Below are positions 58,837 through 64,000 of a DNA stretch of 64,000 nucleotides, in pieces (within the stretch, counting starts at the first letter, position 1; the number at the start of each line of letters is the position of its first letter). The notes under the pieces were generated by a model that worked only from the letters and a program-made list of their open reading frames with translations, did not search any database and had not been told where the DNA came from. The translations under genes and the position numbers were made by a program. This stretch comes from an uncultured Candidatus Saccharibacteria bacterium (lineage in GTDB: Bacteria > Patescibacteriota > Minisyncoccia > Minisyncoccales > GWA2-38-27), in assembly GCA_964447515.1 (NCBI GenBank), contig CAYUSS010000001.1, positions 4,092 through 68,091 of the forward strand, read 5' to 3'.

Positions 58837-59193
58837 ATGCTCACAAGGTTGCTTTTTCATATTCTGGCTGGGATTTTAGGACTTTTCTTAGCTGCTCGTT
58901 TTGTCCCTGGGGTAGAATTTTTCGGCACTGTTAAAATGCTACTGCTCATCGGAAGCATTTTGGGTCTGATTAATTTTTTTATCAAACCAATTTTAAAAAC
59001 AATCAGTCTACCTTTAAGATTTCTAACTTTTGGATTATTCAGTTTAGTAATAAATATGGGCCTGGTCTGGCTCGTAGAAATACTTTTTCCTAAAGAATTA
59101 GAAATCACTGGTCTCATTCCTCTTTTTTACACAACAGTTATAATCTGGGGCTTGAATTTAATTTTTGGATTATATAATAATAAGAGAAAATAA
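58837..59193 (+). CDS. Phage holin family / YvlD-like 4-TM protein
   Basis: N.FIKPIL..ISLPL..LTFGLF..VIN motif. Confidence 0.85.
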   Translation: MLTRLLFHILAGILGLFLAARFVPGVEFFGTVKMLLLIGSILGLINFFIKPILKTISLPLRFLTFGLFSLVINMGLVWLVEILFPKELEITGLIPLFYTTVIIWGLNLIFGLYNNKRK

Positions 59194-59223
59194 TATACTT
59201 AAACCTCTTGCGAAAAAATTCTT

Positions 59224-59442
59224 ATGAAAACCTTTATATTAATCGCTCAAATCATCGTCTCTATTCTCCTAATTATTTTCATCCTTCTCCAGCAGAGAGG
59301 AACCGCCCTGGGTTCTGCTTTTGGAGGCGGAGGCGGAGGGTTCTACGCAACCCGGAGAGGCATCCAGAAAAAAATTTTCTGGGCTGCTATAATTTTTGGA
59401 ATTTTATTTATTCTTCTGGCATTAGCAAACCTCCTTACATAA
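59224..59442 (+). CDS. secG: Preprotein translocase SecG
   Basis: ILLQQRG..LGSAFGG..RRG; two TMs. Confidence 0.92.
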   Translation: MKTFILIAQIIVSILLIIFILLQQRGTALGSAFGGGGGGFYATRRGIQKKIFWAAIIFGILFILLALANLLT

Positions 59443-59564
59443 TAAAATGGAATCAAGTTGATTAAGTTGACTAAGAGATCAACGTCTGTTGAAATCAATC
59501 TTCAACAGACATAATTTTTAAAAGCTAATATCCTAACCCCCTAATCTCCTAATCACCTAATTTA

Positions 59565-61571
59565 ATGTCTTCTTGGTCTAAAAAAAAGGGTTTTAAATGG
59601 CCCTCTAAACAGCAGTGGAGACAGTTTTTTAAAGTTCTAACAAAAAAAGAAAAAATTGCCTTCTTGATTTTTTTTCTTTTGGCTTTCAGTTCCCTTACTT
59701 TTATTTTACTCAACTTTTATTTTAGAAATACCGAGCTCAGCCCTGCTCGGGGGGGGATTTACACAGAGGGAATAATCGGCCAGCCCCGATTTATCAATCC
59801 AGTTTATGCCAACTCTGATGTTGATAGGGATTTAGTTGAATTGATTTTTTCCGGCTTAATGAAATACAATGAAAATCTCCAAATAATCCCTGATTTAGCT
59901 CAAGATTATCCTGAAATTGAAGAACAAGGAAAAATTTATAAATTTTTTCTGAAAGAAAATATTTCCTGGCAGGATGGTACCCCCCTTACAGCCGACGATG
60001 TAATTTTTACTATAAAAACAATTCAAAGCCCGGATTATAAAAGTCCTTTGAGGGCAAATTGGGTGGGAGTAGAAGCGGAAAAAATTAGCAAGTTTGGAAT
60101 TAAATTTGAATTAAAAAAACCCTACAGCGCCTTTCTGGAAAACTGTACTCTAAAAATTCTACCAAAACATATCTGGGAGAATATTTCTCCAGAAAATTTC
60201 CCTTTAGAAACTTATAATTTAGAGCCAGTTGGTTCAGGGCTTTACAAAGTAAAAAAAACAACCCAAAATAAATCTAATAAGATAAGTTCTTTGACCTTAG
60301 TTCCAAATTCTAACTATTTTAGAGAAAAGCCAAATATTTCTAAAATTAAATTTTTATTTTTTGATAATGAAGAAGAACTAACTAAAGCAGCTCTGCATGA
60401 AAAAATTAAAGGGCTATCTTTGAGTTCTTTTACAAATCTCGGTGAAAATTGGCAGAAATATTATCTTTCTCTGCCCAGATATTTCGCGATATTTTTCAAT
60501 CCAGATAAATCAAAAATCTTATCTGAAAAAGAAGTAAGAATAGCTCTAAATTACGCCACTAACAAAAAAGAGATTGTTAAAGAAATCTTAAACCTTGGAG
60601 AGTCTTCTCCAATTATTGAAAAAGAAGTTACTCATTCCCCTATTTTGCCAGAAATTTACGGATTTAGTTCTCCTTTAAATATTTATGAATTTAGTGTTGA
60701 AAAAGCAAAAAATATTCTGGAAAAAGCCGGATTCAAAGAAAATCAAGATGGTTTAAGAGAAAGGATCGTTAAAAAAGGACCTGCTTTTAAATTCAAAACA
60801 CGGCTAGTAGAAGATTCCCAGGGGAAAGAAGTAGAAGAGCTTCAAAAATGTTTAGCTAAATTCCCAAAAATTTATCCTGAAGGAGAAATAACCGGCTACT
60901 TCGGTCCAAAAACAAAACAAGCGGTTATTAGGTTCCAAGAAAAATATGCCCAAGAAATTTTAGAACCCTGGGGATTTAAAAATGGAACGGGATTGGTGGC
61001 TGAAACTACTAGAACTAAACTAAATGAGGTTTGTTTTGAGGCACCAGAAGAGACCTTACCTTTAAAATTTTCCCTGGTCACCGTTGACCAACCTCAATTA
61101 CTTGAAGTGGCTGAACTTTTAAAACAACAATGGGGAGTTATAGGAGCAGAAGTTAATATTGAAAAATTTTCTATATTACAACTTGAACAAGATTTTATTA
61201 AGCCAAGAAATTATGAAAGTTTACTTTTTGGAGAAGTTTTAGGAGCCCTTCCTGATCCTTTCCCCTTTTGGCATTCCTCCCAGAAAAGAGACCCTGGTTT
61301 GAATCTGGCAGTATATGAAAATAAAAAAGTTGACAAATTATTAGAAGAAATCAGAGAATCTTCAGGCCCCGAGATAAGAGCTGAAAAATTAGCTCTTTTC
61401 CAGGATATTCTAATTGAAGATACTCCGGCAGTATTTTTATACAGTTCAGATTATGTTTATCTGGTATCAAAAGAAGTTAAAGGAATAGAAGTGAAAAAAA
61501 TTGCCGACCCCTCAAAACGTTTCTCTGGAATTGAAAATTGGTATTTAAAAACTCGAAGAATTTTTAAGTAA
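59565..61571 (+). CDS. ABC family-5 substrate-binding protein with inserted peptidoglycan-binding domain
   Basis: LIFSGL, PDLA, WQDG.PLTADDV.FT, PVGSGLY; insert VEELQKCL...TGYFGPKTKQAVIRFQ. Confidence 0.85.
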   Translation: MSSWSKKKGFKWPSKQQWRQFFKVLTKKEKIAFLIFFLLAFSSLTFILLNFYFRNTELSPARGGIYTEGIIGQPRFINPVYANSDVDRDLVELIFSGLMKYNENLQIIPDLAQDYPEIEEQGKIYKFFLKENISWQDGTPLTADDVIFTIKTIQSPDYKSPLRANWVGVEAEKISKFGIKFELKKPYSAFLENCTLKILPKHIWENISPENFPLETYNLEPVGSGLYKVKKTTQNKSNKISSLTLVPNSNYFREKPNISKIKFLFFDNEEELTKAALHEKIKGLSLSSFTNLGENWQKYYLSLPRYFAIFFNPDKSKILSEKEVRIALNYATNKKEIVKEILNLGESSPIIEKEVTHSPILPEIYGFSSPLNIYEFSVEKAKNILEKAGFKENQDGLRERIVKKGPAFKFKTRLVEDSQGKEVEELQKCLAKFPKIYPEGEITGYFGPKTKQAVIRFQEKYAQEILEPWGFKNGTGLVAETTRTKLNEVCFEAPEETLPLKFSLVTVDQPQLLEVAELLKQQWGVIGAEVNIEKFSILQLEQDFIKPRNYESLLFGEVLGALPDPFPFWHSSQKRDPGLNLAVYENKKVDKLLEEIRESSGPEIRAEKLALFQDILIEDTPAVFLYSSDYVYLVSKEVKGIEVKKIADPSKRFSGIENWYLKTRRIFK

Positions 61572-61579
61572 ATCATAAT

Positions 61580-62158
61580 ATGAAAAAGCCCCAAATAAGA
61601 TATTTATATGATATGAAAGAAGTTCTCTATGACCAGAAATGGGCAAAAACAGCTCCTAATTTTGAACTTTATTATATGTATAGGGGTATTAAAAAAAAGA
61701 ATGATTTAAGGTATGATATTACTGTCATCCCGGCTAAAATGTTAGGTCAAGAATTTGTTAAAACTAAAGGACACGAACATCTTGGAAAATTTGGAGAGGT
61801 CTACATTGTCCTTGAAGGTCAAGCAATCTTTTTGATGCAAAAGCAAGAAGGGCAGGAAATTGAAGATGTTTATGCTATCAAAGCTAAAAAAGGTGATGTG
61901 GCTATTATTCCTTCCTATTATGGACATGTTACTATCAACCAGTCTAAAAAAGATTTGAAAATGGCTAATTGGGTTTCTGACAATTGCGAAAGTGATTATC
62001 AGCCATTTTTAAAAAAACAAGGAGCTTGTTATTTCTATACTAAAAACGGCTGGATTAAAAATAAAAATTACAAAAAAATTCCCAAACTCCGCTTTGAGAA
62101 ACCTTTAAAATCAATGCCAAAGAATTTGGATTTCTTAAACCCCGTAGAGAAAATTTGA
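61580..62158 (+). CDS. Cupin-type (archaeal) glucose-6-phosphate isomerase
   Basis: LRYDITVI, TKGH.H, E.Y, YGH.T.N cupin motifs. Confidence 0.8.
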   Translation: MKKPQIRYLYDMKEVLYDQKWAKTAPNFELYYMYRGIKKKNDLRYDITVIPAKMLGQEFVKTKGHEHLGKFGEVYIVLEGQAIFLMQKQEGQEIEDVYAIKAKKGDVAIIPSYYGHVTINQSKKDLKMANWVSDNCESDYQPFLKKQGACYFYTKNGWIKNKNYKKIPKLRFEKPLKSMPKNLDFLNPVEKI

Positions 62159-62228
62159 CTGCCTTTGGCAAATAGTGTTTTGTTTTACAAAACACCTGTC
62201 AAATTTCTTCTACGGGGTAAAGGGATAA

Positions 62229-62311
62229 GCCGGGGTGGCGGAACGGAAGACGCGGCGGCCCCAGGAGCCGTTGGAGGAAACTCCATGTGGGTTCGAATCC
62301 CACCCTCGGCA
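62229..62311 (+). tRNA. tRNA-Leu(CAG)
   Basis: Acceptor GCCGGGG/CCTCGGC-A; anticodon arm GCGGC-CCCAGGA-GCCGT; long variable arm; GGTTCGAATCC; CCA not encoded. Confidence 0.9.
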
Positions 62312-62346
62312 TAGTAAAAGTTCAAATTTCAAAATCTTTCTAAACT

Positions 62347-64000
62347 ATGAGAAAATTCCAAAAACAATCAAATTTGCAAATAATCCCTCTGGGCGGTTTG
62401 GGCGAAGTAGGAAGAAATATGATGCTCCTTGAATACAAAGGGAAAATTTTGATTATTGATATGGGTCTTGGTTTTCCGGAAGAAGATATGCCGGGAATTG
62501 ATTGTATTATTCCCAATATTAGGTACTTGAAAGGTAAGGAAAAAAATATTTTAGGAGTGGTTATTACTCACGGCCATTATGACCATATCGGCGCCATCCC
62601 TTATCTGGTTGAAAAGATTGGCAACCCTCATTTTTTCACTTCTATTCTTACTCGAGGAATTATTTCAAAAAGACAAAAAGATTTTCCGAATTCGCCAAAA
62701 TTAGATATTACTACGGTAAAAAATGGCGACAGAATAGAATTAGGGCCATTTAAAATTGAATTTTTCCGGCAAAATCATAATATCCCAGGAAATCTTGGGG
62801 TTTTCATCCACGCTCCCATAGGAAATATTGTAATTACTTCTGATTTTAAATTTGACGAAAATCCAGTTAATGAATTGCCTACTGATTTTAAAAAACTAAA
62901 AGCATTAGGAAGAAGAGATATCCTACTTTTAATTTCAGATTCAACTAATGCCGAGGAACCCGGACACTCTTTGTCGGAAAAAACAATTGAACAAAACTTA
63001 GATGAAATCTTCAAAAAAACAAAAGGACGGATTATCGCATCTACCTTTGCTTCTCTTCTAAACAGAATTCAGCAACTTATTACCCTTTCTGAAAAATACG
63101 GAAGAAAAGTTTGTATAGAGGGCTATTCAATAAAAACTAATGTAGAAATTGCCAGAAACTTAGGATATCTAAAGATAAAAAAAGGCGCCTTAATTAAGGC
63201 AAAACAACTCACCGATTATCCCAGTTCAGAAATAACTGTTATTTGCACTGGAGCCCAAGGAGAAGGTCGGGCAGTGCTTATGAGAATTGCCAACAACGAA
63301 CATAAGTTTATCCATCTTAAAAAAGAAGATACAATTATTTTCTCTTCTTCTGCAATCCCTGGTAACGAAAGAACGGTTCAAGTTTTAAAAGATGAATTTT
63401 ATCGCCGAGGAGCAAAGGTTTTCCATTATAAGATGATGGATATTCATGCCGGCGGACATGCCCATCAAGAAGAACTTAAAGAAATGATAGAGATTATGAA
63501 ACCGAAATTCTTTCTTCCTGCTTATGGTCAATTCTCAATGTTGGTAACTCACGCTGAAATTGCTCAAAAAATAGGTATCCCCCAAAAAAATATTATTTTA
63601 GCTGAAAATGGACAAGTAATTAATTTAAGCAGAGAGAAAATCTTTATAGAGAAAAAAACTGTCCCTTCAAATTATGTTATGGTTGACGGTCTGGGTGTTG
63701 GAGACGTAGGAGAAATAGTTTTAAGAGACCGCCAAATGTTAGCCGAAGATGGAATGTTTGTTATTATAGTTGTAGTAGATAGACAAACTGGTCAGGTCAA
63801 GGGTTCACCTGATATAATATCAAGAGGATTTGTTTATTTAAGAGAATCAAAAGAGTTACTCGCCCAAACTCGGCACAAAGTAATTAACATTGTAAATAAA
63901 GCAGCCGGAAGCGGAGGAGCGGTTAACTGGGCTTATATCAAAGACGAAGTCAGAAACAAAATTGGCCAATTTCTTTTTTCAAAAACCCAACGAAGACCAA
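62347..64000 (+). CDS. rnj: Ribonuclease J (runs off window end)
   Basis: Manual translation: IIPLGGLGEVGRNM, THGHYDHIG, SDSTNA, TGAQGE, IPGNE, HAGGHA. Confidence 0.95.
   Translation, partial: MRKFQKQSNLQIIPLGGLGEVGRNMMLLEYKGKILIIDMGLGFPEEDMPGIDCIIPNIRYLKGKEKNILGVVITHGHYDHIGAIPYLVEKIGNPHFFTSILTRGIISKRQKDFPNSPKLDITTVKNGDRIELGPFKIEFFRQNHNIPGNLGVFIHAPIGNIVITSDFKFDENPVNELPTDFKKLKALGRRDILLLISDSTNAEEPGHSLSEKTIEQNLDEIFKKTKGRIIASTFASLLNRIQQLITLSEKYGRKVCIEGYSIKTNVEIARNLGYLKIKKGALIKAKQLTDYPSSEITVICTGAQGEGRAVLMRIANNEHKFIHLKKEDTIIFSSSAIPGNERTVQVLKDEFYRRGAKVFHYKMMDIHAGGHAHQEELKEMIEIMKPKFFLPAYGQFSMLVTHAEIAQKIGIPQKNIILAENGQVINLSREKIFIEKKTVPSNYVMVDGLGVGDVGEIVLRDRQMLAEDGMFVIIVVVDRQTGQVKGSPDIISRGFVYLRESKELLAQTRHKVINIVNKAAGSGGAVNWAYIKDEVRNKIGQFLFSKTQRRP

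Noticed and set aside
58837-59193. Prophage, suggested by the holin-family gene
   Set aside because: The YvlD-like family is commonly chromosomal, and no other phage genes are nearby.

Overview
AT-rich chromosomal window from a reduced-genome bacterium, most likely Patescibacteria/CPR (Parcubacteria-like). This is inferred from the hisS-HIT-bS21-yqeY-ybeY-ftsA-ftsZ-comEC order, the mostly SD-less core genes and the cupin-type PGI. Content is mainly housekeeping: clpB, htrA, six aminoacyl-tRNA synthetases (His, Leu, Met, Gly, Ile, Arg), dprA-topA, folD-glyA, smpB-tmRNA-infC-rpmI-rplT, polX, greA, groESL, secG, rnj and two tRNA-Leu. No CRISPR array, integrase or transposase is visible. Four unexplained layers stand out. 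(1) Two free-standing, GC-rich, ORF-less loci (36.2-36.56 kb and 48.38-48.81 kb) each have a near-identical sigma70-like promoter, tandem long hairpins with pseudoknot-capable heads and a terminator; I do not recognise them as any RNA family. (2) Many short palindromic and heptamer repeat families nest inside each other, insert in frame into core proteins and supply their termini, and a 268-bp MITE-like element in two inverted copies brackets groESL. (3) Small orphan gene cassettes, including a lone atypical ParB, share a promoter, boxA-like and strong-SD signature that core genes lack. (4) The ORF track missed an MGMT pseudogene and a 52-aa membrane ORF. All RNA structures were derived by eye, not computed.
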